This document shows positions 39,649 through 49,379 of a DNA stretch of 64,000 bases, in pieces. The stretch is from the NCBI GenBank assembly GCA_947258975.1, contig CAMYKK010000016.1, positions 6,673-70,672 of the forward strand, given 5' to 3'. Both the position numbers and the translations under genes were made by a program. Position 1 is the first letter of the stretch. Each line of letters opens with the position of its first letter. The stretch comes from an uncultured Gammaproteobacteria bacterium. GTDB lineage: Bacteria; Pseudomonadota; Gammaproteobacteria; Arenicellales; JAANXG01. Below the pieces are notes generated by a model that was not told where the DNA came from, ran no database searches, and worked only from the letters and a program-made list of their open reading frames with translations.

Positions 39649-39831
39649 ATGGGACTCGTACACGGCATTTGGACCCTGTTGTTGTTGTTGATTTTCTTGG
39701 GCATTGTCGCCTGGGCCTGGAGTTCGAAACGTAAGAAACATTTCGAGCAAGCGGCGCAGATTCCATTACAGGACCGTGACTCGGCCTCCGAGGGTGAACC
39801 ACAGAACATGGAGAAAAAAGATGGCTGCTGA
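39649..39831 (+). CDS. ccoQ: cbb3-type oxidase subunit IV
   Basis: Single TM, FLGIVAWAW..RKKHFEQAAQIPL. Confidence 0.92.
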   Translation: MGLVHGIWTLLLLLIFLGIVAWAWSSKRKKHFEQAAQIPLQDRDSASEGEPQNMEKKDGC

Positions 39832-40729
39832 CTTCGTAAGTGATTTTTGGCATTGGTTTATCGTCATTCCGACGGTGATCGGGATACTCGCGTTGTTTCC
39901 ACTGGTAATCTTGAATCGGGGAAAAAAGACCGCCGACAAACCCGAGACCATGGGCCACGTCTGGGACGAGGATCTACAGGAATACAACAACCCATTACCG
40001 AAGTGGTGGCTGAACATGTTCTACATCACAATCGTGTTTGGGCTCGGTTACCTTGTCTTGTATCCCGGCTTGGGCAAGTTCGAAGGGATCTGGGGGTGGT
40101 CCTCGACTGGGGAGTACGACAGCGAGGTCAACGCAGCGAATCAAAAGTTCGGTCCGTTGTTCAAAAAATATGCCGCCATTGACATAGAAACTCTCGCCAA
40201 GAATCCCGAGGCGATAAAGACCGGTGAGCGGTTGTTTGCCAATTATTGTTCAACCTGCCACGGCGCGGATGCGCGCGGTGCCCTCGGGTTTCCGAACCTG
40301 CGTGATCAGGATTGGTTGTATGGAAATGAACCGGCGCAAATCAAGGCCACTATCCTGAACGGACGCAACGGGATGATGCCGGGTTGGCAGGCGGCGCTCG
40401 GCGACGATGGCGTAAAAAACGTCACGGAATTTATTTTTAGTTTGAGCAGAAAAGAGGTCGACCTGGATGCGGCGCAGGCCGGACGCGAGCACTACAACAA
40501 GATGTGTATAGCCTGTCATGGCCCAGACGCGAAGGGAAACAAGCAACTGGGCGGCGCCAATCTGGCCGACAACGTCTGGTTGCACGGGGGTTCGCGTAAG
40601 GCGGTGATGCGCACCGTCGCCGAGGGGCGTCAAGGAAGGATGCCCCCGCATAAGGATTTTCTCGGTGAGGACAAGGTCCATATACTGACGGCCTACGTTT
40701 ACAGCTTATCGGCCGGCAAAACTCAGTGA
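39821..40729 (+). CDS. ccoP: cbb3-type oxidase subunit III
   Basis: GHVWDEDLQEYNNPLPKWW, CSTCH and CIACH heme motifs. Confidence 0.97.
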   Translation: MAADFVSDFWHWFIVIPTVIGILALFPLVILNRGKKTADKPETMGHVWDEDLQEYNNPLPKWWLNMFYITIVFGLGYLVLYPGLGKFEGIWGWSSTGEYDSEVNAANQKFGPLFKKYAAIDIETLAKNPEAIKTGERLFANYCSTCHGADARGALGFPNLRDQDWLYGNEPAQIKATILNGRNGMMPGWQAALGDDGVKNVTEFIFSLSRKEVDLDAAQAGREHYNKMCIACHGPDAKGNKQLGGANLADNVWLHGGSRKAVMRTVAEGRQGRMPPHKDFLGEDKVHILTAYVYSLSAGKTQ

Positions 40730-40992
40730 GCCGGAAAAGCTCGCCAAAATCCCAACGGCTGGTGGCAGTGTTATGGCCGTCGTTCTTGGTGTCTGGTGTC
40801 GCTACGGTCCTCTTTTTTGTGATGTTTGATCCGCTGCCACGGCTTGCGAATACCGATTTGGCGGAGCTGAGCCGGCTAGGCGCCTACAACATCGGGTTTT
40901 TGTGGTTTTTGATTACCGCGGCCAGCAGCTGGTTGACGTGCTATTGTCAACGCTCTCCCGAGCAGCTTGAACAGACCACGGCCGACGCGTGA
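40726..40992 (+). CDS. Small two-TM hypothetical protein of cco clusters
   Basis: LWPSFL...FF.MFDP...SRLGAY..GF.WF; GTGA overlap with the ccoP stop. Confidence 0.7.
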   Translation: MSRKSSPKSQRLVAVLWPSFLVSGVATVLFFVMFDPLPRLANTDLAELSRLGAYNIGFLWFLITAASSWLTCYCQRSPEQLEQTTADA

Positions 40993-41095
40993 GAATGTTG
41001 GTATAAAGCATAGCGGAACGTGCTCATCTGGCAGCACAACCTTTATCACCGACAACATCGTACCGCTGAAGTCCTCTCCTCAGGTTAACAGACAG

Positions 41096-42487
41096 GTGAC
41101 AAGCTCAGTCGAAAATATCGAACAGACACTGTACGCCAAGCGCGAGAAGATATTTCCGCGACAAGTGCACGGGTTGTTTGCGCGTCTACGGTTGCTCGGT
41201 ATTACCGTTTTGATGGGTATTTATTACGGCCTGCCGTGGGTAACTCTGGGAGACCGTCAAGCAGTGTTGTTTGATCTGCCGGCACGTAAGTTCTATATAT
41301 TCGCCCTCTCATTCTGGCCCCAGGATTTCATTTATCTCGCCTCATTGTTGATCATCGCTGCGTTGGCATTATTCTTCTTCACGGCCTTGGCCGGACGTCT
41401 ATGGTGCGGGTATGCCTGCCCGCAAACGGTGTGGACGGAAGTTTTTTTATGGATAGAACGCAAGGTAGAGGGGAATCGTGCCAAGCAGATGAAATTGGAT
41501 AAGTCGCCGTGGAATCGTCGAAAAGTTCTCATCAGGGGAACGAAGCATGTCCTTTGGATCGCGTTGTCTCTATGGACGGGGTACACTTTTGTTGGCTACT
41601 TCACGCCAATTCGGGAATTGGGCCATTCCGTACTCAACTTGAGCACCGGACCGTGGGAGACCTTTTGGTTGATCTTTTATGGATTTGCCACGTACGGTAA
41701 TGCGGGTTGGCTGCGGGAACAGGTATGTATATACATGTGTCCCTACGCGCGTTTCCAGAGCGCGATGTTTGACAAAAATACGCTCATTATTTCCTATGAC
41801 ATTGATCGCGGTGAGCCGCGTGGGTCGCGCAAGCGCGGCATTGATCCAAAAAACGCCGGCTTAGGTGATTGCATAGATTGTACTTTGTGCGTCCAGGTCT
41901 GTCCTACTGGCATAGATATTCGTAATGGTTTGCAATACGAATGCATTGGTTGCTCAGCATGCATCGACGCGTGTGATGAGGTCATGGATAAGATGGACTA
42001 CCCGCGAGGTTTAGTGCGTTATACCACCGAAAATGCCATCGAGGGCAAACCAGCCAGAGTGCTGCGTCCTCGGGTGCTGATGTACGCGATAATCTTAATT
42101 GGTCTACTCGGCGCAGTGGGCTATTCCATTGCCATTCGCGTGCCTGTCGGTCTCGATGTGATCCGTGATCGAAATTCCCTGTATCGTGAGACGGTGGAAG
42201 GTCTGGTCGAAAACGTATACACCCTGAAGTTGCTGAATATGGATGATCGAGATCAGCGATATCGAGTGTCAGCGTTTGGCCTGAAAGACCTGACGCTGAA
42301 ACAAGACCATGCATCCATCGAAGTTCCTGCCGGACAAGTGCGCGAGTTTTCCGCACGACTGCAGATCGACCCGGTAAACCTAAAACAGGCCAGCAATGAA
42401 GTGTTCTTCGAACTGGTAGCAATCGATAATGAAACCCTGAGGGTCCGTGAGCCCGCACGTTTTCTTGGACCCTCGAGGTCGCGATGA
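41096..42487 (+). CDS. ccoG: cbb3 oxidase accessory protein CcoG/FixG
   Basis: GRLWCGYACPQT, CIYMCPY, CIDCTLCVQVCP, CIGCSACIDAC; start uncertain. Confidence 0.95.
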   Translation: MTSSVENIEQTLYAKREKIFPRQVHGLFARLRLLGITVLMGIYYGLPWVTLGDRQAVLFDLPARKFYIFALSFWPQDFIYLASLLIIAALALFFFTALAGRLWCGYACPQTVWTEVFLWIERKVEGNRAKQMKLDKSPWNRRKVLIRGTKHVLWIALSLWTGYTFVGYFTPIRELGHSVLNLSTGPWETFWLIFYGFATYGNAGWLREQVCIYMCPYARFQSAMFDKNTLIISYDIDRGEPRGSRKRGIDPKNAGLGDCIDCTLCVQVCPTGIDIRNGLQYECIGCSACIDACDEVMDKMDYPRGLVRYTTENAIEGKPARVLRPRVLMYAIILIGLLGAVGYSIAIRVPVGLDVIRDRNSLYRETVEGLVENVYTLKLLNMDDRDQRYRVSAFGLKDLTLKQDHASIEVPAGQVREFSARLQIDPVNLKQASNEVFFELVAIDNETLRVREPARFLGPSRSR

Positions 42488-43047
42488 GAATGAGTGTGCC
42501 AGAGCCGGTACGAGAATGGTATCGTCAGCCGATGGTGTGGTTGTTGATTGCCATACCGCTGTCGGCCGTGTTGATGGGTGTGACGATCATCATTTTGGCT
42601 GTCGTCAGCAATGACGGCATGGTCGCTGATGATTATTACCGGCGCGGGATGGAGATAAATCAATCTCTGGCGCGGGACCGGATTGCGGCGCGCTACGGCC
42701 TGCGCGCCGTGGTCAAATTGGATACGGATGGAAAGGCGATTCATGCGACACTACGTGCGGACAACGTGTTGCGGTTTCCCGACAGCGTACAGCTAACTCT
42801 TTCGCACGCTACCCAGTCGGGACTTGATCGCAGCATCAGGTTGATACAAACTGCGGGACGGGTTTATCAGGCGGGACTTCCGGAGTTGCCTGTCGGGCGG
42901 TGGTACGTGCAACTGCACGCGAGGGACTGGAGGTTAAACGGTGTTTTGCAGGTTCCCGGGCAGAATGAGCTGATCTTGGAGAACGATTCGACGCTCGAAA
43001 GCGTTAGCGGCGCATACCCTGGTGCCAGGCGCCACAGCGGGCGTTGA
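42484..43047 (+). CDS. ccoH: FixH/CcoH family protein
   Basis: WYRQPMVWLLIAIP, DGMVADDYYRRG.EIN. Confidence 0.9.
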   Translation: MRMSVPEPVREWYRQPMVWLLIAIPLSAVLMGVTIIILAVVSNDGMVADDYYRRGMEINQSLARDRIAARYGLRAVVKLDTDGKAIHATLRADNVLRFPDSVQLTLSHATQSGLDRSIRLIQTAGRVYQAGLPELPVGRWYVQLHARDWRLNGVLQVPGQNELILENDSTLESVSGAYPGARRHSGR

Positions 43048-43225
43048 CTGAATACACTGTTGCGCACCGCACCATATCAGTTCTCGTTTACGCGATTTTA
43101 CGCGGACACGTGGCGCGCGTGGCCGGCCGGTCCTAACGGAGGAATGGAAGGGGTGCCCATTTCCGGCGTGCGATCACCGCCGCGCTGCGGTTGACCGGAA
43201 GGTTTGGTTTTACCTTGCTCTAGTT

Positions 43226-43239
43226 TTGACTTAGATCAA
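43226..43239. promoter_or_regulatory. FNR box upstream of the hemerythrin gene
   Basis: TTGAC-TTAG-ATCAA (9/10). Confidence 0.75.
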
Positions 43240-43336
43240 ATAGTAAGCTGTTTCTGCGGCGCCGTTGTTGCCGTATGTCGGTAAGTTGTATCAAAGTGAT
43301 TTAATCTGGACAACGCGTAGCTATCGGAGAGTGGGT

Positions 43337-43909
43337 ATGACCAATGTCATCGAACAGATTCACCAGGATCACGTCAATATGGCGCGCCTGTTGAATCTCG
43401 TAGACGCAGAAATTGACAAGGCAAAACAGGATGGCATGCCGGATTTTCTCATGCTGGAGCATGTGATGCGTTACATGACCAATTATCTTGATCAAGTGCA
43501 TCATAATAAAGAAGATGCAATGTTTCGACGCGTTGTCAGCCTGGATCCGCAAGCGAAAGACGCGGTGAAGGATCTGCTGCTCGAACATGAGGAATTGAAA
43601 AGCACGGGGCGGCAGCTCTATGATCTCGTATGTGCGGCGCAAAACTCAGATTTTGTTCGTCGCGAGGATGTCATTTCGCAGGGGACGGATTACGTAAGGA
43701 CGCTACGAACGCACATGGGCAAGGAGGAGGGCGATCTGCTAGCGCGAGCGAGGCGGTTATTGACGGAGCACGACCTACGCGATGTCGATGCCGAGATCGA
43801 CTCGATCCATGATCCGCTATTCGGCGACACGGTGGAAAAAGAGTATCAAAGCCTTTATGCGTATATTATTGCGCAGCAGGAAAGCGTCGCCGAAGCACGT
43901 CAAGGCTAG
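43337..43909 (+). CDS. Hemerythrin (HHE) domain protein
   Basis: HQDH, HHNKED, EHEEL, HMGKEEG, DPLFG. Confidence 0.88.
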   Translation: MTNVIEQIHQDHVNMARLLNLVDAEIDKAKQDGMPDFLMLEHVMRYMTNYLDQVHHNKEDAMFRRVVSLDPQAKDAVKDLLLEHEELKSTGRQLYDLVCAAQNSDFVRREDVISQGTDYVRTLRTHMGKEEGDLLARARRLLTEHDLRDVDAEIDSIHDPLFGDTVEKEYQSLYAYIIAQQESVAEARQG

Positions 43910-44061
43910 CGCGTATATACGATCGGGTCTGATTCGATTCCGACCCTATGTTCTGAAGTGCGCCGGCCCAAGCGCTTCGATATGCGGCGACTTATAACAC
44001 CGCCTGCAGGGCGCGGCCTTACAATCAACCTCACATCGAGGGGTAAATCGTGGTCTGTCCC

Positions 44062-44235
44062 GAATGGCACTTACTTAAGCCTTACAGAGGCTAAAAAGTG
44101 CTGAATTGAGGGAGAATTTCCGGGACCGTCGCCAGCAACGATGCTGGCGCCGAGCCTACAGGGAGGTATTGACGGCGTGTCCCGGGAATGGTCACTCGGT
44201 TCAGCGTGTCGTGACCCCTGAAGTAAGTGCCATTC
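44062..44235. mobile_element. 174-bp MITE with 15-bp perfect TIRs and 11-bp target-site duplication
   Basis: TIR GAATGGCACTTACTT (44062-44076) / AAGTAAGTGCCATTC (44221-44235); flanking direct repeat TGGTCTGTCCC at 44051-44061 and 44236-44246. Confidence 0.9.
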
Positions 44236-44315
44236 TGGTCTGTCCCCTATTTAGTTTGGGCAAGATTTGACCCCTTATTTTCCTGTTTTTGCTTTTTGGT
44301 TGCTGCCCACTTTGC

Positions 44316-44525
44316 TCAATTTCGTGTTGGTGTGTCATCCGCGTCCGATGATTTTTCGGTTTGTTCCGGTGTGCTCGACGGGGTGTCGTTGTCGTCCAGC
44401 AGGATCCGGTAGGCGGGGCCCTCGAGATCGTCGAATTGGCCGGACTTGACTGCCCACACGATTGCCCACACGATGACGCCGACCAGCGCCAAGGACAGAG
44501 GAATTAACAAGAACAATATCTCCAT
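44316..44525 (-). CDS. ccoS: cbb3 oxidase assembly protein CcoS
   Basis: MEILFLLIPLS, WAVKSGQFDDLEGPAYRIL. Confidence 0.95.
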   Translation of the reverse strand: MEILFLLIPLSLALVGVIVWAIVWAVKSGQFDDLEGPAYRILLDDNDTPSSTPEQTEKSSDADDTPTRN

Positions 44526-44586
44526 TAACGCCTCACGGTGTGCCGTGGTGCCATGTGCGGATTAGTCTCATCAACGACTCGCTCCT

Positions 44587-47088
44587 TCAACGAGTCGCCC
44601 AGGAGCGGCCTCTGGGGCCAACACCCGGGGTTCGTTCACGAGTTGTGATTGACTCCTGTGAAGGCCGGCGCTCGCGTAAACGCAGTGCATTACCCACAAC
44701 GAGTAATGAACTGGTGGACATGCCGATGGCAGCCAGCCATGGTGGCACCATCCCCATTGCGGCGGCGGGCAGAGCAAGCAGGTTGTAAGCGATCGCCCAG
44801 GTTACGTTTTGACGCACGACCCGCATGGTGCGTTTTGCCAGTCCGAATGCTTGAAATAACGTGTAAAGTCTGTCATTCAATAGTATGAAATCGGCGTTGA
44901 TGCGCGCGAGGTCGGTCCCATCGCCCATGGCGATTGACACCTGTGCTGCGGAGAGTACCGGTGCGTCATTGATACCGTCGCCCACCATGGCCACCGTATA
45001 TCCGTTGGCCTGCAATTCTTGAAGTTTGGAAAGCTTTTGTTCCGGTGTCAGTCCCGAGGCTCGTTCACGTATCGCCAGTTGATCGGCAATTTTATTGACA
45101 GGCCCGGCACGGTCCCCTGAATACAACGCTAAACCAACGCCGGTTTGCTCGAATGCACGAATCGTTTCGGTGGCGTCGGTACGCAGGTGATCGGCAAATA
45201 AGAATTCTCCATGCACCCGCTCGTCATCGGCGAGTAGCACAACCGTATTATCGCCGAGTGACATCGGTACATTCCGCACGCCGGCGCGCTCCATGACGTA
45301 TTCCGGGCGGCCGAGATGATAGCGCTTGCCTTCCACGGTGCCGCTGATCCCTCCCCCAGACTTGGTGACAAGATCTAATGCCTGCTTCGCCGGTATTCCC
45401 CCGGCCACCGATAGGACCGCTTTGGCCAAAGGATGCTGGGAAAAGGCCTCCAACGCAGCAGCGATGGCTAAGCCCTCGTTCCGCGGAAGGTCCGATAGCA
45501 TATGGGCCTCGGTAAGGATTATGTCACCCTGAGTTAGCGTGCCGGTCTTGTCGAATACAAAGTAATCCGCGCGTGCCAACCGTTCAAGGGCATCGCCACC
45601 GGTGGCGATAATTCCCATTCCGGCGAGGGTGTTTGATACCGTTGTTTGCGCGGTTGGCACGGCCAGCGACAGGGCGCACGGACACGTGATCACGAGCACC
45701 GAAATCGTAACCGCAAGCCAGATGCTCGGATCCTGATGCCACCAGTACATACCTACCACGACAGCCAGACACAACACCGCGATGACGAACGCCGTCGCTG
45801 CACGGTCTGATAGTCGTGTCAGCCTCGGTTTATCGAGCTGCGCCCGCTCCACCAGCCGTACTATCTGCGATAGTATGGTGTCTTCCCCCACTCCGGTGGT
45901 CTCGATCTCGATGGGTTGCTCCAGGTTAACCGACCCCGCGAGCACTAGCTCTCCCAGTCGTTTTTCAATCGGCCGGCTTTCGCCCGTCAAAAGGGTCTCG
46001 CTGACACTGGAGCTGCCGGTTACTATTCGCCCGTCGGCCGGTACGTTGGCGCCCGCGAATACGCGCACGCGATCCCCATTTTTAAGTTCCCTCGCCAATA
46101 CCGTCTCTAATTCCCCCGAGGCGGTAATTCGTTCGGCAACATCTGGCGCAGCCCGCATCATGGCGTCCAATTGACGTGTGCTGCGTTGACGCGCCACGAG
46201 TTCAAAGTAACGTGCAGATAATAAAAAAAACACGAACATGGCCACCGACTCGAAGTACACCTGTCCGCCTCCGTTCCAAGTCGCCCACGCGCTACCTGCA
46301 GATGCGATGGCGATTCCCAACGCGACCGGTACATCCATCCCGGGCCGTAAATACTTCATGTCACGCCAAGCACCGCTGAAGAACGGAGACGCGGCATAAA
46401 GCAATATCGGCACAGTCAGCAGCAAACTGACCCAGCGGAACAGATTCTCATAGGTCCACGAAATGCCGTGCCATTTTCCAAAGTACATGGCGACTGCGAT
46501 CATCATCACCTGTATGCCGAGTGCCGCAGCCACGCCGAGGCGCTTGAGCAGTTGCTTGCGCGCCTTTTCGATAACTCGTTCGCGCTGGTCCGGATTGTAG
46601 GGGTGAGCGACGTATCCGATATTTTGAATCGCCGCGAGGATGTTGCTCAACTGGATGCGATCTGGGTCCCAGGTTACCCAGGCGCGATGGGTCGAATAGT
46701 TTACGTGGGCTTCGCGGACGCCGTCGAGTGAACGCAAGTGATGCTCATTCAGCCAACTGCATGCGGCACAAGTTATTCCCTCCAGGATCAAAGCCGCCTG
46801 AAGTGATCCCTCCTCTGGTTCCCGGACGAAACTCTTTTGCACGTCAGGATGATCGTATGTGGAAAGCGCCGTGCTCAGATCGGGGATTAGATGTACGGGA
46901 TTGTGTGCAGTCTCGGTGCGGTGGTGGTAATAGTCGCCGTAGCCACCGTCAATGATCGCTTGGGCAACTGCCTGGCAGCCGGGACAACACATTGGGCGCT
47001 GTTGGCCAGCGATCTCCACCCATTGCTTCGTCCCGGATGGGACCGGCAATCCGCAGTGGTAACAATTTGTGTGCGCCGCATCCGCCAT
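44587..47088 (-). CDS. ccoI: Copper P1B-type ATPase CcoI/FixI
   Basis: CYHC..CCPGC, GITCAAC, TGES, CPCALSLA, DKTGT, GDGIND. Confidence 0.93.
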   Translation of the reverse strand: MADAAHTNCYHCGLPVPSGTKQWVEIAGQQRPMCCPGCQAVAQAIIDGGYGDYYHHRTETAHNPVHLIPDLSTALSTYDHPDVQKSFVREPEEGSLQAALILEGITCAACSWLNEHHLRSLDGVREAHVNYSTHRAWVTWDPDRIQLSNILAAIQNIGYVAHPYNPDQRERVIEKARKQLLKRLGVAAALGIQVMMIAVAMYFGKWHGISWTYENLFRWVSLLLTVPILLYAASPFFSGAWRDMKYLRPGMDVPVALGIAIASAGSAWATWNGGGQVYFESVAMFVFFLLSARYFELVARQRSTRQLDAMMRAAPDVAERITASGELETVLARELKNGDRVRVFAGANVPADGRIVTGSSSVSETLLTGESRPIEKRLGELVLAGSVNLEQPIEIETTGVGEDTILSQIVRLVERAQLDKPRLTRLSDRAATAFVIAVLCLAVVVGMYWWHQDPSIWLAVTISVLVITCPCALSLAVPTAQTTVSNTLAGMGIIATGGDALERLARADYFVFDKTGTLTQGDIILTEAHMLSDLPRNEGLAIAAALEAFSQHPLAKAVLSVAGGIPAKQALDLVTKSGGGISGTVEGKRYHLGRPEYVMERAGVRNVPMSLGDNTVVLLADDERVHGEFLFADHLRTDATETIRAFEQTGVGLALYSGDRAGPVNKIADQLAIRERASGLTPEQKLSKLQELQANGYTVAMVGDGINDAPVLSAAQVSIAMGDGTDLARINADFILLNDRLYTLFQAFGLAKRTMRVVRQNVTWAIAYNLLALPAAAMGMVPPWLAAIGMSTSSLLVVGNALRLRERRPSQESITTRERTPGVGPRGRSWATR

Positions 47089-47381
47089 TGAGAACCTTTG
47101 CATACCGACAGTAATCGCAGTGCTTGTTACCGTGGCCGGCTAATCTCCGTCGGAGCGATCGCTAGCCGTGCAATGAGCGACGAGAGCATGCGTGTATGTT
47201 GGCTGACCAGGGTCCGTGACATTCGATGGTTGCGAGCCCGATCAAATGTGAGCCCCCCGCTGTCGGCGTCTCCATTGCAGCGCCAGCAGCGGTAGCGTCT
47301 GTGCACACCCTGGAAGCGCACGGAGTATGCCCAAGCCACACCAGTAAGACCGGGTTGTCCACGCCCGGCCACACTTGGTTT

Positions 47382-48149
47382 CTAGTGTAACATGTCCGCA
47401 AACGGCTTGATTTTTGGCAAGCGAAATCCGGCCAATACATTTAAACGATCATGGTTCTGGATTTCTACGGAATTCCTGTTTACGGAAATCACTTTGTCGT
47501 GTTGCAGGCGTGTTAGTGTGCGGCTGACCGTTTCCACTGCCAGGCTCAAATAACTGGCGATGTCGGTGCGTGACATCGGTAGAGTGAAGTTGGTGGAAGA
47601 GAAGCCTCTATTCAGATAGTAGTTGGAGAGCGTGACGAGAAACGACGCGAGCCGCTGAGTCGCGCTCTTGGTTCCAATGGTCACCAGAAAATCTTCTTCC
47701 CTGGCCATCAACGCGCTTATTCGTTTGAGCATTGTTTCCTGGATTCGAATAGAGCCCATACACAACGTAGCGAGATCCCCAAAGCGAATCGCGCAAACAC
47801 TTGCGGTATCGAGCGAGACGGCGTGGCATGTATAGTACCCGCGGGCAACCGCGTTGAATCCGATCAGATCACCGGGAAGATGGAAGTCGATTATCTGTTC
47901 TTCGCCGTCGGGCGTAATTTTGTACGTCTTGAACGCTCCGGACCGCACCGCGTACAAATAGTCAAAGGCATGGCCTTCATTGAACAGTGATTGGCCCCGT
48001 TTTAATAGCTTTGGAGTTGCGGAGATATTCAACAGATCGTGCGTCTCAGTGTCCGACAGGCCTTGGCCCAGACAAACACCGGCTCGATCACAGGACTGGC
48101 ACTGACCTGATTGCAGGGGGAATTGGACGACTTGTGTTTCGCGACTCAT
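47382..48149 (-). CDS. fnr: Fnr/Anr-type oxygen-sensing Crp-family regulator
   Basis: N-terminal C-x2-C-x5-C (CQSCDRAGVC), fourth Cys in SVCAI, recognition helix ETVSR. Confidence 0.88.
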   Translation of the reverse strand: MSRETQVVQFPLQSGQCQSCDRAGVCLGQGLSDTETHDLLNISATPKLLKRGQSLFNEGHAFDYLYAVRSGAFKTYKITPDGEEQIIDFHLPGDLIGFNAVARGYYTCHAVSLDTASVCAIRFGDLATLCMGSIRIQETMLKRISALMAREEDFLVTIGTKSATQRLASFLVTLSNYYLNRGFSSTNFTLPMSRTDIASYLSLAVETVSRTLTRLQHDKVISVNRNSVEIQNHDRLNVLAGFRLPKIKPFADMLH

Positions 48150-48222
48150 GACGGTCCTCCTATGGCTTGTTTTCCACAAACCATATACCGTCAGCAACCA
48201 CCGACCAACTCGCGATTCCACG

Positions 48223-48238
48223 TACGTGGTTCTACGTA
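48223..48238. promoter_or_regulatory. 7-2-7 palindrome, putative FixJ/NarL-family site upstream of fnr
   Basis: TACGTGG-TT-CTACGTA, 6/7 symmetric, 74-89 bp upstream of the fnr ATG. Confidence 0.55.
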
Positions 48239-48250
48239 TCGTGATCCCAG

Positions 48251-48658
48251 TCAGTGATGGGTGTCGGTTTCGAGGGCGTTTATGATGTGTTCGACCAGTC
48301 TCTGGTTTCGAAACGGCTTGGTGAGGACCACCGAAGCGCCGGCGGTTTGTGCACGGCTGACCAAGGTATCGTCCTTCTGCGCCGTGATCACCACCGTGGG
48401 GATGGCAATACCGCGATTCCCCAGTTCTTCCAGTAGCTCCACGCCGTTCATTCCCGGCATGCGAAGATCCAGCACCAGGCAGTCGCTTTTCGATCGCTGA
48501 TAATTAGCGAGAAACTCTGACGCCGAGGCATAGGGCCGCGCTTGCCAGCCCATGGAATACGCCAATAGGGTGATCGCCGAGCGAATCGCTTGATCATCGT
48601 CCACAATGTATAGTGTGGACGGGGAATTGGAACCAAAACTCGTTTGATATTGAGCCAT
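48251..48658 (-). CDS. Single-domain response regulator (receiver only; FixT-like position)
   Basis: IVDDD, LDLRMPGMNG, ITA, KPF; no output domain. Confidence 0.85.
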   Translation of the reverse strand: MAQYQTSFGSNSPSTLYIVDDDQAIRSAITLLAYSMGWQARPYASASEFLANYQRSKSDCLVLDLRMPGMNGVELLEELGNRGIAIPTVVITAQKDDTLVSRAQTAGASVVLTKPFRNQRLVEHIINALETDTHH

Positions 48659-48724
48659 GATTAGGAACGAAATGGGCGTCTCTGCGTAGGCATAGTAGTA
48701 GACACCAGAGTACGGAAAGATGCT

Positions 48725-48738
48725 TTGATGCGGATCAA
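48725..48738. promoter_or_regulatory. Perfect FNR box upstream of the receiver-only gene
   Basis: TTGAT-GCGG-ATCAA in the fixJ-receiver intergenic gap. Confidence 0.85.
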
Positions 48739-48761
48739 TTACCCTTCTAATCAAGGCCGTT

Positions 48762-49379
48762 TCACTCGCTGGAATTGGAGATCAGCTGCACCAGCTCTAC
48801 GGCATTTTTGACTTCCATCTTTTTTAAAATCCGCGAGCGATGTAACTCGACCGTTCGCTCACTAATTCCAAGGTCGAGGGCGACGACTTTATTCGGCTTT
48901 CCGGCGGTGATCATGTCCATGATTTCGCGCTCCCTGTGGGTGAGCCGCATAACTCGTTGCTCGACCGCGCGGTGCTGGGTGACGCGGGTGTAGTTATCGC
49001 GCTCATTTTGCAGGGCCTGCCGCACGCAGTTCAATAACAGTTCCTGATTCACCGGCTTCTCAATGAAATCCATCGCTCCGTCCTGCAGTGCTTGTACCGC
49101 GGTGGGCACCGTCCCATGACCGCTCAAAAAGATGATTGGCATGGTAACGCCGCGTTCGAGCAACTGCTTTTGCACCGCGAGTCCGTCCATGTCCGGCATT
49201 TGCAGGTCAAGGATAACGCAACCACGGCATGCGCAGTTCTCGGGACAGGATCTGAAAAAGTCCAGCGCTGAAGCGAAATGTACAATTTTGAATCCTTCGG
49301 ATTCGAGCAACAACTTCAGACCCGCGCGCACCGCGTCATCGTCATCGATGATATAGACGATCGATGATTCGGACATCAA
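48762..49379 (-). CDS. fixJ: FixJ-family response regulator (REC plus LuxR HTH)
   Basis: IIDDDDAVR, LDLQMP, SGHG.VP.AV, LTHREREI, GKPNKVVA..LGISERTVE.HR. Confidence 0.85.
   Translation of the reverse strand: MMSESSIVYIIDDDDAVRAGLKLLLESEGFKIVHFASALDFFRSCPENCACRGCVILDLQMPDMDGLAVQKQLLERGVTMPIIFLSGHGTVPTAVQALQDGAMDFIEKPVNQELLLNCVRQALQNERDNYTRVTQHRAVEQRVMRLTHREREIMDMITAGKPNKVVALDLGISERTVELHRSRILKKMEVKNAVELVQLISNSSE

Noticed and set aside
47232-47245. FNR box upstream of ccoI
   Set aside because: Only one half-site matches (7/10 overall)
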